A stretch of 49,383 bases of DNA, filler included, from Sphacelaria rigidula (Eukaryota): the NCBI GenBank assembly GCA_964200075.2. It is 3 parts of 3 records of this genome, joined end to end, with 100 filler letters (N's around TTAATTAATTAA, not from the genome) between each part and the next. Parts side by side here need not be neighbours in the genome. Positions count along the whole stretch, not along the records: positions 16,497 to 32,891 come from CAXNAA020001376.1; positions 32,992 to 49,383 come from CAXNAA020001377.1; 1 more part is not named here. One strand, given 5' to 3'. The notes beneath the pieces were generated by a model. That model was not told where the DNA came from. It was given only the letters and a program-made list of their open reading frames with translations, and did not search any database. How positions within the stretch are numbered: position 1 is the stretch's first letter; each line of letters begins with the position of its first letter. The position numbers were made by a program, and so were the translations under genes. Below are positions 22,396-36,056 of the stretch, piece after piece.

Positions 22396-25300
22396 CGGAT
22401 AACGAATCTTTTGCATTGCTCTTTCTCCAATATGTTCCACACTACTGAATCATCTGCAACGAACCGAACGGCTCTGAATCACATATAGTTCCTATTTCCG
22501 CAGTACCACCCTATCGATCTCGAGAGGGTACGGTCACAGTGACGACACAAGTCGGCAGAGTACGTGCGTGTGCGCGCCGTATACCTTGCGCGACGAAACC
22601 CTAATCACGCTCCATGCGCCATCCCAGCGGCAGTGGCATGCGCATGATTGTAACACCATTCCTACCAGCGAGCAACGTTAATGTTTGCTTGACATTGTAT
22701 GGCTACGGGAAAAGATCCCCTAGAGAAAAAAACTACCTGAACGCGAATTACCGCGTGCTCATTTTGGATGCGACCAGTGATCGGATGCGCTTATACACTA
22801 CTGTACCTGTATTTTACGTGTTCCGGCATCCCTCACTTAGACGAACATATCTCGAGCATGTACCGAGACAGTTGAAGTTTCTCTGTGACACGTGGCTATC
22901 AGAAATTCCGGTTCTGGCGGCTACAGGTATAGATGGAAATATCGAGGTGAAGTAGAGGTCGTATGTTGCAAAGATGTCACTATTCCGTGGCTTGATTTTT
23001 CTTGGCCTCAAGCGATGATAGTAGCTAGTCGTACCTCTCGGTGAAGTTTTGGCTCGGTGATGTTCATGCAGTGTTAGTAAGTTGCAGGTTGATCGTGTGC
23101 TAGACGGGTGTATTGGAAAACGACTTTTGTTTTTGGCTTGTTCGGATTTCCGGAGCTGTCGGAGCTGCTGTCGGAGAGGTACATCTCTGGCTTGCGCGAT
23201 GTCCTGGGTAAAAATCAGCCATACTTCATTGAGTACATAGATATAGGATCAAAATAAAGTTTTTTATCGGCATCGTGACGATTTACTGTAGTGCTCTGCA
23301 GTGTCTGACCACTTTTTCCCCGCACCGTGTCTTGTTTTCTTGTCTTGTTTTCTGGAGTGGTGGTAAATAACGTGGTACTAAAATGGTCCTTCGACCAATG
23401 GCGAGTGGAACATAACCTACGTTTTATTCAGCTCGCGCAAGTACATTCCTGTTGCTCGACAGTTTTTTCGGCCTATCTGTTGTGGAGCAGAGCACAGAGT
23501 AAGATGATACGGAGCACGTCGTCAAAGCTCATTCGACAGAAGAATCTGAGGTAAGTGTATCCCAAAAGACATGAGCGGTGGATGGCATTGTACAGAAACG
23601 ATAGAGGTGCTGTGACAGTAAACAACGTTCAGATGACGGGGTATAACACCCTGTGCAACCTTTTTTCAATTTCATTTTTGGAAGATTGCGCTGGCCGGGG
23701 CTGCGACAGTTCCATCTGTATGAAGGCATCGTCTAGATTTTTCGCTGGGTGGAATTTTATGAGAGTGCAAAGGCTTCGCTCGACAAAAGCATGAATATTG
23801 AGAAAGCTTCATCATGTGGGGGTGTTGTACACCGTACACCGTACGGCGGATCGCGTTGAAGCGGTACAGGGTCGTGCCATGGTCGGTGTTTAGGGGGTTA
23901 GGAAGAGGGGGTCCATACGAGGCAGGTCATGCAGGTGGCGTGGCAGTGATGTGTGCAATGATGTCCGGTCCTCTCAGATCTTTATTCGGCTTCTTGTTCG
24001 CTGCATTGTGTCTCGTTCTGTTGACGGAAAGCCACACTGCAGACATGATGCACGCTGTAGAACCGTACACGACAGTACTTGTGAAGGTCACAGTGCACTA
24101 CGTCGAAGTCCATGCACACCTACTTTACTGTTTGTGCTCAAGGTGTGGGAGTTATTATACATGCCTTGCGGTGAAAGAACGACCAGTGTCAGTGAGGCAT
24201 ACCGCCAACTCAAGGAATAATGAAGGAGTACAAGTATAACGCTGGAAGAGTCTGCACTGTAGGTATCCCGGGTTCGATCTAGATGGTTGATTTCTTCAGA
24301 CCGATCTCGATTAGATGGCTACTGCCCAGCTTCGCTCTCCACCCGGTACAGCACTGTACACGTAGCACGTGAACACGGGGTGAGCAGTACTCAGTACTGT
24401 TGTGACATCAGCTTGAATCAAGGAAGAGGGTTTAGCCAGGAATTAAGACGTGTGCTGCCGCTGTGCTACATCGCGAAATGTAGTGGACTTGGATTCAGCT
24501 CCCTTGCTCCAGGATATAATCGGTCACTGCTGGATGGAGGCCTGATCACGGTGCCGGTGGTTACGTACAAGGCCCATGATTATCGAGGAAACGTTTTTTG
24601 AGAGACGTCCTCGAATCTAGGGGAGCTCCCAACGGACCATTATTACCGAGTGCTGCTGTTGCTGTGAGGTATCTCATCACGGACATTGTGCTGATCTCGT
24701 CGTTTGCTTGCCTTCGCGGACAATATGAATGACAGGACGATGCTGCCTGCCCGTGTATGACGTTCAAAACTACGGTAAACATCTCTCTCGCAACTTCTCT
24801 GTGAAACGGGGGGGCAGTCGGAAAGACGAGGGCGTGGTCAAACGGCCCTCCGGGAGTGTAGCAGCAGCACACACAAAGAAAAAACGACTGTAAAAGCTCC
24901 GTGCATAGATTGCTGTATGCTTGCTTTCCGTCAGTTGTGTGCGCAGGTACACCCGCCACACCCTACCAGCTACAGACTTTGCAGCCGGTGCGGTAGCGCA
25001 CACTTTTAGCAGCACAACAGGCAATTACGTCGCTACTGGAGTGTTCCTGCTCTTCACTGCAATTGTGCGCATGTCCGCAAACGACGACCACCTTGCTTGA
25101 CCCCAACAGCTCCATCACCGCTATGCCGACGCACACACCGTCTACATGGATGGACACCACCAACCCACGGCGCTTTTTGCTCCACGACATGACTCAGGGT
25201 GTAACTAGCACGGTTTCTGATCACTCTCGCACACTTGCGAGCGCCACGGCGTGCGTACAGGGCAGCGCTGCGAAGTATTGCGCTTCAGCCCAAAGTGTTC

Positions 25301-26303
25301 AAATTTCTCCTAACGTGAAGCACCGGACAAAATATCAGCCGCTTCATTTTCGGATAACGCTGAACGCCTGGTCTGAAAGCGCCAATAATTTCAGGGATCT
25401 TCGAAAAAGCAGTGTCGATAACAATCGGCCGAAGGGGGAAAGTAAACCGTTCACATTTTTTTTTAACTTTTACATGGGTGTTCCCGAATAGCTGTGGAAT
25501 ACCCGTTTAGCGAGCATCGTAACCTGTTCTGTGCACGTTAGAGCGGCTACTTTGACCGAGAACCGCTCGCTCGAGGCGCTGTGGACGACCGCGCACATGT
25601 TCGGGGTGCTTGGAGCCATAATAATACAAAAAAGAATACACTTTTCAAAGCCGGTATTCTGCCCTTGGCTTGAAACTGCATCACGGGAACGAACACTGCC
25701 ATGGCCGAGCGTGGCGGCGGTTCATGCAGACATGGAGCACGAAGCTGCTCTGCAAAACTCAAAGTACTTCTCGAGGGATTCCCTGTAAAAAATGGACAGC
25801 TTCGCCTAAGGCATATCAATCACTGTATCGGGTTCAGATGAGGCTCACGGTGTGCTGTTTCGATACGAAAAAGCCGAAAACGATCGTTTGTTGGCGCAAA
25901 AAAGGGCCCTGAGAGATGAAAATCATTCTTCAGTGAGCTCTCTTGGGATGAGGGTTGCACAGCAAACAGAGCGCACGAGTTAGTAGTCGATGCGGCCATG
26001 ACACAACGATGGTTCCCCTCAGTTACCGAACACTTTTCAAGTAAATTACAGCAGATGCTACATGGCCTTTCGTCTCGTTTTTGTAAGCCAGACAGAGGGT
26101 GTTGTTTCCCTTGAGAACGGCGTGCTGCATCATTCAGCACAACAGACAGCAGTAGAGTCGGTTCAGTATACATGACATCGCACTTCATCTCCGTACAGTG
26201 CTGCACCGACATGTAGTCAGTCGGTTTTACGCCAACTTGGTCATGGGTACAAGGTGCAAATGATGTAGGAAGTATCAGTTCGTGGGCTCTATTTTTACTT
26301 GTA

Positions 26304-26653
26304 GCCCCGGTGGCTCAGTTAGCAACTTCGTAACCCTCTGACGGTTGAGTAGTGGGGTTCGATTGCCGGAGCGATTCGGGATTTTTTTCTTACACCATGC
26401 CCAACAGCGAAGAGCGACTATGTCGTGGGTACTCAAAATTCGACTTAACTGTCGACGAGGGGAAGGGACTGCTGGACCCCTCTCGCTATACAAAATAAAA
26501 GGCAAGCACCGCAGAAGAAAGGTGGGGTACAAAACAAATAAAAGATAAAAACTTCTGTGTTGACCTTCCTCCTGTGTGACCCCGGCTGATGCGCCCACAA
26601 ATACCGAAAGGTGTAGACTGGCGCCTAGAATAAATGGGACGACAACACACACA
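26304..26653 (+). mobile_element. tRNA-headed SINE (family A), full length
   Basis: GCCCCGGTGGCTCAGTT..GGTTCGATT; collinear with 2203-2557; (CA)n tail. Confidence 0.85.
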
Positions 26654-27649
26654 GATGAAAATGGAAGTTTGAACGTGTTGCCACCGCAAATTTGGTCACC
26701 ACACTTTCGCCACAACGGTAGCCCTCTGAAGCTGCTTCCAAGTCTTGACCCCCGATACTCCTGTGCCATACGAGTTGGGCCAGCTGACAGTGATTTGTGA
26801 ATGTTTCCGAGCCCGGCTGTGGGTAATTCAAGAAGTTAGGCGCTGAAATTTCCACACGACATTTTTTATCATCAATACGCGCAACCTTCCGGGGGATGCA
26901 TCGAAAAAACAAATAACAGAAAGTTGGAGCGATTTGAGGTTTCTGCAAAACTGGGAAAATGCTCTAACTCCGTGAAAATGAAGAAATACGTCGATATCCC
27001 TCGGGTGGTTGTGCGTACTTGTGTGCAGGACATCCTGGTGAAATTTCGGTCAAAAATACCACAAATTGGGCGCAGCAAGGCACTTTGTGTGTGACACCGC
27101 TGCGCCCCTTTGATCCAAGTGATACAGGAGACTGCAGTTATGGAGGCCACGAATCCCGACGGATTCTTTTTTTCTTGTTCCGTCGGTAAGATCACACATT
27201 ATGCAGTAAATATTTTTTTCATTTTCTTCTTCATTCAGCGGCGGTGCCGTGCGTCACGAGGTTGGTCTGCAGGTCACGCAGACATACTCGAGTCGGGCTG
27301 ATTTGGTAAACTTGATCAGTTATGGTGCAACATGCAAATGTGGGATTTACTGCTGGCCCAGCTCGTACTTGCGTCATTATTGTGCTACCACGGGTTGGAG
27401 TCGTTGCCTACCGAGTCGTTCGGGGGCTGATTGAGTTGTCCATGCAAGGGCGGCGATGGAAAAAACGTTTTGCTTTACTACAGATGGACACCACGGGGAC
27501 GGCGAAGTAGACTCTGAGTTCTTCCGCTGTGATGCGAGATGCTGCAGTGGCTCTTGGACCGAAGAAGAGGGGTTCGGTAGCCGTCCGGCAGGAATAAATA
27601 ATGAATATCCTTTCGTCTATATAAAAAGCGAACTTTATTTTTTCCCTGT

Positions 27650-27830
27650 ACTGCCAGTACACCGCCGGACCGTACATCAGGCCTCCATCTAGCTCTGGTC
27701 GCAATATAGAAAATAACGCCTCCCCCGAGCCTGGGCCGGCAAAAGCCCGGCGTGCTCCATTCCGTCTTTGTAGGGATTCGTGGTAAATGGTCATATGACT
27801 ACGGCATGCAAGACCATGAGCACCCCCCCC
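27650..27830 (+). mobile_element. Retroposon-like repeat ending in a poly(C) tail (family D)
   Basis: Homologous to 32645-32752 (ccggc..aaa..cccggcgtg..tgtagggat..atggtca.atgactacggcatgcaaga.catgagcac-Cn); partial inverted copy near 24500-24570. Confidence 0.65.
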
Positions 27831-29819
27831 GCCGCTTCACTTGAACACGACAACGACGAGCACATCACTGCTGTGTTTACGGTACACTGGTGCCCCTACC
27901 TGCACGGTAAATGATAGGCTGTGGACAGCGACGTTTAACTGTGCTACAATATTTCCGCCTTCTTCTTGGCCTAAACGCCGTCACTGTGACATGCGGAAAC
28001 TTATTGCCGCAGGTTGCCGAGTATTTCACCCTGATGGAAAAAGAGGTTCTGCCACCTTCTCGCACAGTGCGGTGGACACGCAGTTGGAGATATCTACATG
28101 TTCAATAATTGTTTAGTCGTGATTTTCGACTCATAAAACTAAATCCGGAGAATGAGAGACGACTCAGAGTGGACCTCAACGACTAAATTCGGAAAATGAC
28201 GACCATAAGCCTCGCGGCTCAGAGCTGCAGTCGTTGGACGTGTAGAAATATCTCGTGGAGATGTGTCGGTTAGCGGGATATTTTGACAACCCGGGGCCTA
28301 GTAGTCGAGGAACGGTTGCAGACGCATCAAGGTTGAGTAATCCGTATCATCCCGGGTCAGAGCTTCAACCAAAAAATGTCGTCGGGGATAAACGGAGTCC
28401 ATATACATCAACGGATGGAAATCCGCGGAATCTGCGTATTGAACGATGCGGCGGATGTGTCAATATTTACACGGGTTCAGCCCCGTCGCAGTCCTTCCTG
28501 AATAGATTTTACAGGTTTTGGGACAGATGTTCAAAAATGCACGCGTGAAACATTATACGTGTTTTTCTAGTATAGCTACTACAGAGTCGGCGCGATCCAT
28601 TCCACACCGTATGGATGAACATCGTAATGCACTCCCTAGGCCATATGGCCCTGTGTGAGGAGCACGAGCAGCGCGGAGTAGCTGATCCAGCCAAAAATCA
28701 TTTCCAGATAATCCACGGAATACTTGTATGAAACTCACGTAATGGCGTCATGATACACCCTCTTCTGCTAAATGAGGATACGTGTTATTGTACATGGATC
28801 GCGTACCATCGCGTACCGGCAACGGATCGCTGGCATGCTGGATCGTACCCCCGTGACCCATACGTTTCAACAGCAGTCACACAAAGGCAGCTAGAACAGC
28901 TACATGATATTTTATTTGATACCACCACCACTACGCTAAAGTCGAGGTACACGTCTGATACTGACTACTCAGAGTACGAAGTACTGTGCTTTGACTGTAA
29001 ATATATTCAGTTGAAACGTTGAAACTATTGTGCCCGGTCTCAAAGAATATCATATTTGTTCGGGTCCAACAGTTAGTGCCCATCACGTGATGGAACCCTG
29101 AATAAATTCCGCTTCTTCGACTTGTATGCCGTACAACTGGATTGAGGGGTATTTGATGACGTTGCAGCCTCAAATGGTGGCGACATCCGCGAATCCGCCT
29201 GGTTCAAACCGACTAATCTGGACTAACGATGACCCTTCCCATTCGCACTTATAGTCGGAAAATCCGGTCGATTTGGGAAGGAAACGGAGCAGATATCCGG
29301 ATTCACCAGATTTGGATTAGATCCGTAAATTACAGAGCGGAGCGCAGCTCTATCCCGGGTTATACTTTCTCAACAAAGAATATGCCATGAGAATGTTCCA
29401 CGCATTCCAGTTTTTCGGGAGTGCCTCCCGCTGTCAGTCTTCGTGGCACGAGAGGTACTTCGCACTCTGGCACCTCGGGTATACCACACATGTCCTACGC
29501 CGGCGGTTCCGCCGTCGGCCTTCGTCCGAATTTTCATATTTCCGACCGATATCCGATGAAACATGTGATGTTTTGTACAGCTACGATCACTACTGTACAT
29601 TGAGATACAACAATATATTCTCCTAACCATATATTTTCGACTTGCGTCACCCCCGGGAGGCCCGTACCAACCTCCCGAAGGGGAACCTTGTATAAACATA
29701 TATATTCCGATTTCGAGCGTTTGATGGGCTGTTGTTTTCTAATGTCCGTTTCGTCACGCGTGCCTTATTTCACGTGCCTTTTGATCCTGAACGGGTTCGA
29801 ACATAGTCATGTGAGACTT

Positions 29820-30113
29820 CCACTTCTGCCGTCCGGTTATTTGGACGGCCACGTGAGTACACAGAATTCGGCTCAATGATCGACGAGGGGAAGGGACTGC
29901 TGGACCCCTCTTGCGATAGAAAATAGAGGCAACTACTGCAGAAGGAAGGTGGAGAATTTGAGCAAACAAAACATGAAAAAAAACTCCTGTGTTGGCCTTC
30001 TTCCTGTGTAATCCCGGCTGGTGCGCACACAGAAACCGAAAGGTGTAGACCGGCGTCCACAATAAATGGGATAACAACACACTACACACTCACACACACA
30101 CACACACACACAC
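29820..30113 (+). mobile_element. Family A-related retroposon lacking the tRNA head, with TSD
   Basis: Shares the family A body and (CA)n tail; flanked by direct repeat GTGAGACTT (29811-29819 and 30114-30122). Confidence 0.8.
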
Positions 30114-30736
30114 GTGAGACTTGTGCCCGGTTCAAATATAGAAGGCCGGGCGAGACTGGAGCCCGCGTCGAAGGTGGTCATTTCAGAGCTCTCCCTGCAC
30201 ACGAAACCCCTTCTATACCTTTGGTCCCCTACATTTTCAGCAGACAGTGGTGCATCTGCGCCGCGTATCGTGAGAACATCATAACGTCAACCTATAGGTC
30301 GAAACGTACGCTGGTGTTTGCGATTTGTGTCCCCAACTATCCGACATGTCAACATCCACTTGCGGGAGTCAAATCCCGCCTTCTTCTGGTAGCTTTGAGC
30401 ATTAACATCTCGTGAACGGCCATGAAATCCCAAGTTTCATATCGCTTAGAATTTTCGCCGTCGTCGATAGTTATCGGTCGAATTAGTTTTTGAACTTCCG
30501 AAGGTGTTTGGGGCGGGATACGTACGTTCCTCGGAGCACCCTAAATTTTTCAGGGTGCAGGGAGTACCCAGTGCTACGGGGTACCAACTGCCGAAATGAT
30601 GAAGCACCCCAGGATGCCTCGGCCCCCCGCCTCCCGAAATCCAGTGTTCAGTACCCGACGTACTCAGTGTAGGTACTGGGTATCTCGGGTACCCAGGTTA
30701 CCGAATGCCGAAATACTCGGTATTCCAGAGTGCTGA

Positions 30737-31238
30737 GGCCGCTTTTTATGGGGAATAAAAATAAAATGTGGGGAATTAACTTTTCGGAGCATCTGCATCG
30801 TTTTACGCCCTGAAAGAGACCTAGGCAGATTTTGACACCTTGGAATGCCTTGCTGTACTGTTTATGATGGTTCCAGTACACCTTCGCGTTTTCCCGGTGG
30901 CCGCAGTGTTTTTTTGGCCAATCTTGCATTTTTCTCGGACATCGCTCACTTTCTCGGAGACCGGTCGAGTCCATTTTTTTCAGATTTTTTTCTAGACTGG
31001 ATCGGTCTCCGAGAAAATCAAGCGGGGTCCGAGGAAAATGCAAGGTTGAACAAACACAAATGCGGCCACTGGAAAACGCACAGGTTTCCTGGAACCGTTT
31101 CAACGAGTACAGCAAGCCATTCCAAGGTGTCAACATCCGCCTATAATACAGAAGCTCTCTTTCAGGGTATAAAGCAACACAGAAGCTCGAAAAAGACAGT
31201 TCTTCATGTTTTTTTCATGTTAGCCATAAGAAGCGGCC
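30737..31238. mobile_element. Foldback (near-fully palindromic) MITE, PIF/Harbinger-like
   Basis: Arms of about 240 bp are inverted; termini GGCCGCTT/AAGCGGCC; 3-bp TSD TGA on both sides. Confidence 0.8.
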
Positions 31239-31469
31239 TGAGGGTATCAACTTTCGTCAATATTCCAAGGCTCCTAGGGTGCATCGACGTACCAAAATAC
31301 CCTGCTTCGTACCGCATCCTACTGTAAGCACCTATGAAAGCTTGTACCTTGATCAAACCAGAATTCAGAAGGGAGTTCGGGACTCCTGAGCTGTAAGTAG
31401 TGTTCTCGTTTTGATTCATCCGCCTTGACCATACATACCATGCTGCACTGTAAAAGGTGAAGACCTCTA

Positions 31470-31915
31470 CGTTGGTTGGTTGATTCTTCGATTGATTGAT
31501 TGATTGATTGATCGATTGAGGGAGTATCTTAGCACACAGTTTTTCGATCAAAAATATGCGCTGGACAAGAAAAAGTTCCATCTGATAGGTCGTGATTTCA
31601 ACTGTCGTAGTTTATTTTGAAGATGCTTGAACTCAGGACCCATCAAATCGGGATTTTCCTTTTCCGCCGCACTTTTTCGGTCGAAAAGTTATGTGCAAAG
31701 ACACACCATGATTGTCGCACATGAACTAGTTCCCGAAGGAGCCAGTCGTCGTCGCGGGAAGGGTGCACTCGAGGCAAACAAACCGGAAGCAGTCGCTCGA
31801 AGAAATTCGAGAAGGGAACGAAGGTGAAGGGAAAAAAAAGATGGAACAAAAAAAGATGGAACGTACGGAGGTAAACTATAAATATAGTGTGCATCGCCGA
31901 AAAGCTTGGGTCCAC
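31470..31915 (-). mobile_element. Retroposon 3' end with (TCAA)n tail, interrupted by a MITE
   Basis: attgtcgcac terminus shared with the insertion at 45761-45860; the (TTGA)n tail is split by the element at 31520-31708. Confidence 0.55.
31520..31708. mobile_element. MITE with TGA TSD; family also at 43900-44379
   Basis: Termini GGGAGTATCTTAGCACA / TGTGCAAAGACACACC; shared atcgggattt...ttccRccgc motif. Confidence 0.65.
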
Positions 31916-32174
31916 AAATTGACGCCGATATGCGGAAAGCCACGGTACTCTCTACAGTAAATATCACCAGGTGCCTCGCATCAAAGGCACGTAGTGCATC
32001 GTGTGCTTTTTTTCTTTGCGAAAAAACGAACCGTCGAAAATACGGTGACAACAGGTGCTGATCACTACATTCCTCCGCAGTGGCTCCGATCCACTCCCAC
32101 ACAATAGTTCTTTGCACAACGCTTGGAATTATCCTGGCCACCCAGCATCTCATCAAACCCTGGACTAAAGACTA

Positions 32175-32270
32175 CATTGTCACAAAATGTACTGCGTACA
32201 GTATTGATTATTGCGTCTATTGCAATAGACAATAGGTTCCATACCGCACCCAGTACATTTTGTGACAATG
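32175..32270. mobile_element. 96-bp mini inverted-repeat element
   Basis: Perfect 20-bp TIR CATTGTCACAAAATGTACTG and internal palindrome GTCTATTGCAATAGAC. Confidence 0.7.
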
Positions 32271-32644
32271 GAACCTGTCGTCCAGGGTGTGCATCTCATA
32301 CATAAGAAGTCTATCCTGTCCGAATAGCGTCGCCATGTTCGCCCGAATGTGATGCGGCGTGCCTGCCTGGTGCGCGCTGTCCTCTTCAACTCCCACCGTA
32401 TGTACTTGAACCTGAAACTAAAAATATATTTTTTCTCCGCTGTTTCGTCTTGATTCGAGTTCCTCGTTACAACGTGTTTTGTCGCACCGACTCTACCGTG
32501 CAACAAACAGCAGCACTGCATCCATCTGTGCAGTAAGGGGTGCAGGGGATACCAGAAGTAAACAAACCGGTAGCAATCAGATAGAGCCGCCTGCAACAGC
32601 CTAACTTTACTGATTTACTGTATAGCCCTGCCCTCCTTTCCTCG

Positions 32645-32752
32645 CAAGCCTGGTCCGGCGAAAACCCGGCGTGGTCCGTCCCGGCGTTGTAGGGATGCAA
32701 GGTCAATGGTCAAATGACTACGGCATGCAAGATCATGAGCACGCCCCCCCCC
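32645..32752 (+). mobile_element. Family D copy with poly(C) tail
   Basis: Collinear with 27725-27830. Confidence 0.65.
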
Positions 32753-32815
32753 TAGTTCCGTCTCGAAAGGGATGCGTGGTCACTGGTCGAACAACTGAGG
32801 CAAGCAACAAATGAG

Positions 32816-32851
<36 letters not shown>

Positions 32852-32891
32852 ACCCCCCCCCCCCCCCCCCCCCCCCGCCCCCCTCCCCCCC
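32816..32891. repeat. Poly(C) tract at contig end
   Basis: About 75 nt of nearly pure C before the gap. Confidence 0.9.
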
Positions 32892-32991
32892 NNNNNNNNN
32901 NNNNNNNNNNNNNNNNNNNNNNNNNNNNNNNNNNNTTAATTAATTAANNNNNNNNNNNNNNNNNNNNNNNNNNNNNNNNNNNNNNNNNNNN
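32892..32991. other. Artificial assembly spacer
   Basis: Identical N44-TTAATTAATTAA-N44 structure. Confidence 0.97.
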
Positions 32992-33353
<362 letters not shown>

Positions 33354-33575
33354 GCGACACCAAGTAGAAATAAACACAGGATCAGACTACGGGCGAGACT
33401 CAAGGTCCCAACTACCACCGACCAAGGAACTAAGAATCGCCAGGTTCCATCTTTCGGCCTCTCGAGGGACAGCCATACGTACAAGCATAATAATACCAGG
33501 TGTATCAAGACAAGCACTGCATGGCATAACGACACCCATCATCGGCGGGGGGTACAACAACAGTGCTTCCTGTAA

Positions 33576-34004
33576 CACGGGGATTTACAGATTGGGGATC
33601 CATGTGTCTTTTATTGGGGATGAAAAACGGGAGAATTGAAATCTTCGTATCCACACCAACTAAATCTGTCAAGTATGCTTCCATTTTTCACTTGCTGGTA
33701 GCTATTGACAACTACTACAACACGCCATACAAATTTGGATTTCGATAACTGAAATGTTGAGGTCCCAGGTGAAAAACCAATTTTTGGGGATTTTACGTGT
33801 CCGATCGGACGCCAAAATTGTTTTTCACCTAGAACCCCGACATTTCAGTTATCGAAATCCAAATTTGTATGGCGTGCAGTAGTTGTCAAAAGCTGCCAGC
33901 AAGTAAAGGAAGGGAAGAATACTTGTGTGAATACGAAGATTTCAATTCTCCGAGTTTTCATCCCCAACAAAAGATCCATCTCCAATTATTTGTACAATCC
34001 CGTG
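33576..34004. mobile_element. Foldback palindromic element
   Basis: About 200-bp arms (e.g. cacgccatacaaatttggatttcgataactgaaatgt and its inverse) around the central palindrome GTCCGATCGGAC (33799-33810); termini CACGGG/CCCGTG. Confidence 0.8.
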
Positions 34005-35761
34005 CTATGTGCGACTTTGCTGCGCACATACGGTGCAGTGTGCTGCTGTCGTTTGTGAATTCACGCAATGCGGCATGTAATATGCAGCGACGTGGTGTGT
34101 TTGTATTTTGTACTGTTGTATGGTATAAGCTCCATGCACTGCCTGGTACGCCGTTTTTGGAGTCATTAAGTCGTGTCTTACACGCATCTTATGTAGCTGT
34201 ACAGCAAGTAGCTCTACTGTAGACATGAAACGTCCGAGAACTTGAAAATCAAGCGCGGGAGGGCTTGCATGTATTTTTGGTGGCGCTTATTCAATGTTTT
34301 ACCCACAAGAACCCACGTGTAATTCCGTTGCTTCACCCTTGCACTTAAGTGTTCTAGCTGCTTGCATGTGCCGTTTCCGCCTGTGCGTATATCCGAGATG
34401 CTATGCTAAACGCAGACGGGCAGTGGTAACTGGTGATGTCCTCACAGCCTGGAACTGGATCTACTTCTATTGTACTGTAATATTGCGAGTACCAATGATG
34501 ATCAAGAACACCTTTTCAACCCCGATTCACTGTGAAACACCAAATCCCGCCTTCGTGTTGAGGCAGTTTAAAAAAATCCCGAGTACAAGAAGATATCAAC
34601 GACGTTGTTCTCGCCGACATGCTTTTTACCAAAGCAAATGCCTTTCTTTCTAGAGCAGGGCGGAGTTGATAATCTCGCAACCCCTGGAACGACACCTCGA
34701 GAGTCATCTGTGACCACCCGCCCTGGTCCATTCCTGTGTTATCATGAATGTGTTTTTTGCCGTTTGCGCAAGATTTGGTACGCACGAGTCTGCAGGAAAG
34801 CACGCTGGATTTAGACGCCATCACCTGTGGTGATACCGCCACGGCAGTAGACATACCTCCCGGTGCTGACCGATGAGTCGATGACCTGTTTCAGTGTTGT
34901 GCTGCCAAAAGAGGGTAGAATACGTGAACGGAAGCGCAAGCAACGCGTACGGCCAAGCCATATGCAGAACAATGGAAAATGACAAAGATCGGCTCAGAGG
35001 ATCTACTTGAACCATGTTCAGCTTTGCGCGGTCATCCATGACGGGGTATAACACCCCATATATGAAATTTTCAAATCTCCATGTGTTTGAGAATGAATGA
35101 GCAGAAATCCAGAGAGGTGGGCCTGATTTTTTCTTCTAAAATCTCGTAATATCTTCAATAGGGTGTATCCAGGAATATTGAGGTCGAGAACGACGAAGGG
35201 CAGGGGTGCGATATACCGTCACGAAGTCAAACCTTAAAACCTTGAGTTGTTGGACAGTGCCAGTATCACCAGGTGCTAACATGCTCCGGTGACTTGGTGT
35301 ATGGGGCGGTGGGTGTTGACGGCTATGGTGGTGGTGATCATGATCGCGGGGATGGAAATACGAACGGGCCGAGTATATTTATAGGTGAATGCTTCTGGCC
35401 AGCAATGGCGATCTACAATCATGTACAAGTTTGTGGAAAATTTGTGAGATAATAATACGGCAATTATACATTCAAGCAAGATTCAAGGCAAGAAACAGAC
35501 ACCAAGCGGACGTTATAGCACCCTATCCGTTTACGAAAATAATCGGAATCGGTTCCATCGTCCTAAAAACCTCTGATTTTTCTAGATTTTTGCCAGTAAC
35601 GTATTATGTATATTCGTTAGATATTATCGCTATTTGGAAGTAAAAGAGACAGCAGATACCATCTTCACACAGCATTATCTAGGCCAATTTGGTCAAGAAT
35701 TTGTACATACTCCACCGAGCAATGATGAAATAGATCCCCCGGCCTTGCCCTGGCTAATTGT

Positions 35762-36056
35762 CGTTATTGTTGCTGTTGTTGTTGTCTTCATATTAAAAAA
35801 CCGTTCCGATATCTGCGCGGCACATTCGTACTGGGCATCTGATGATGTGGATGCCTTCCGTGGTCACAGGCTAGCAAAAACCCCAAGAAGAACAAAATAG
35901 ACCCAGATTAAAACTCACAAAACGCGATACAAGCTAAACAGGAATAAATAATAAAGAAGAAAGGGAGTACATATGGCTAACCTCAAAAGATCCGGTGCCG
36001 CAGGTGGCCATTCGGAGTTCATTCAGGGGGTAGCTCTCGGTTTTTCAACTCGACGC
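35762..36056 (-). mobile_element. Retroposon 3' end (family C)
   Basis: Collinear with 33090-33353; degenerate (GTT)n on the plus strand. Confidence 0.75.

Noticed and set aside
26555..26650. HDV-like ribozyme in the SINE 3' part
   Set aside because: The pairings are nested rather than a double pseudoknot; P3/L3 and the C-GAA junction do not fit.
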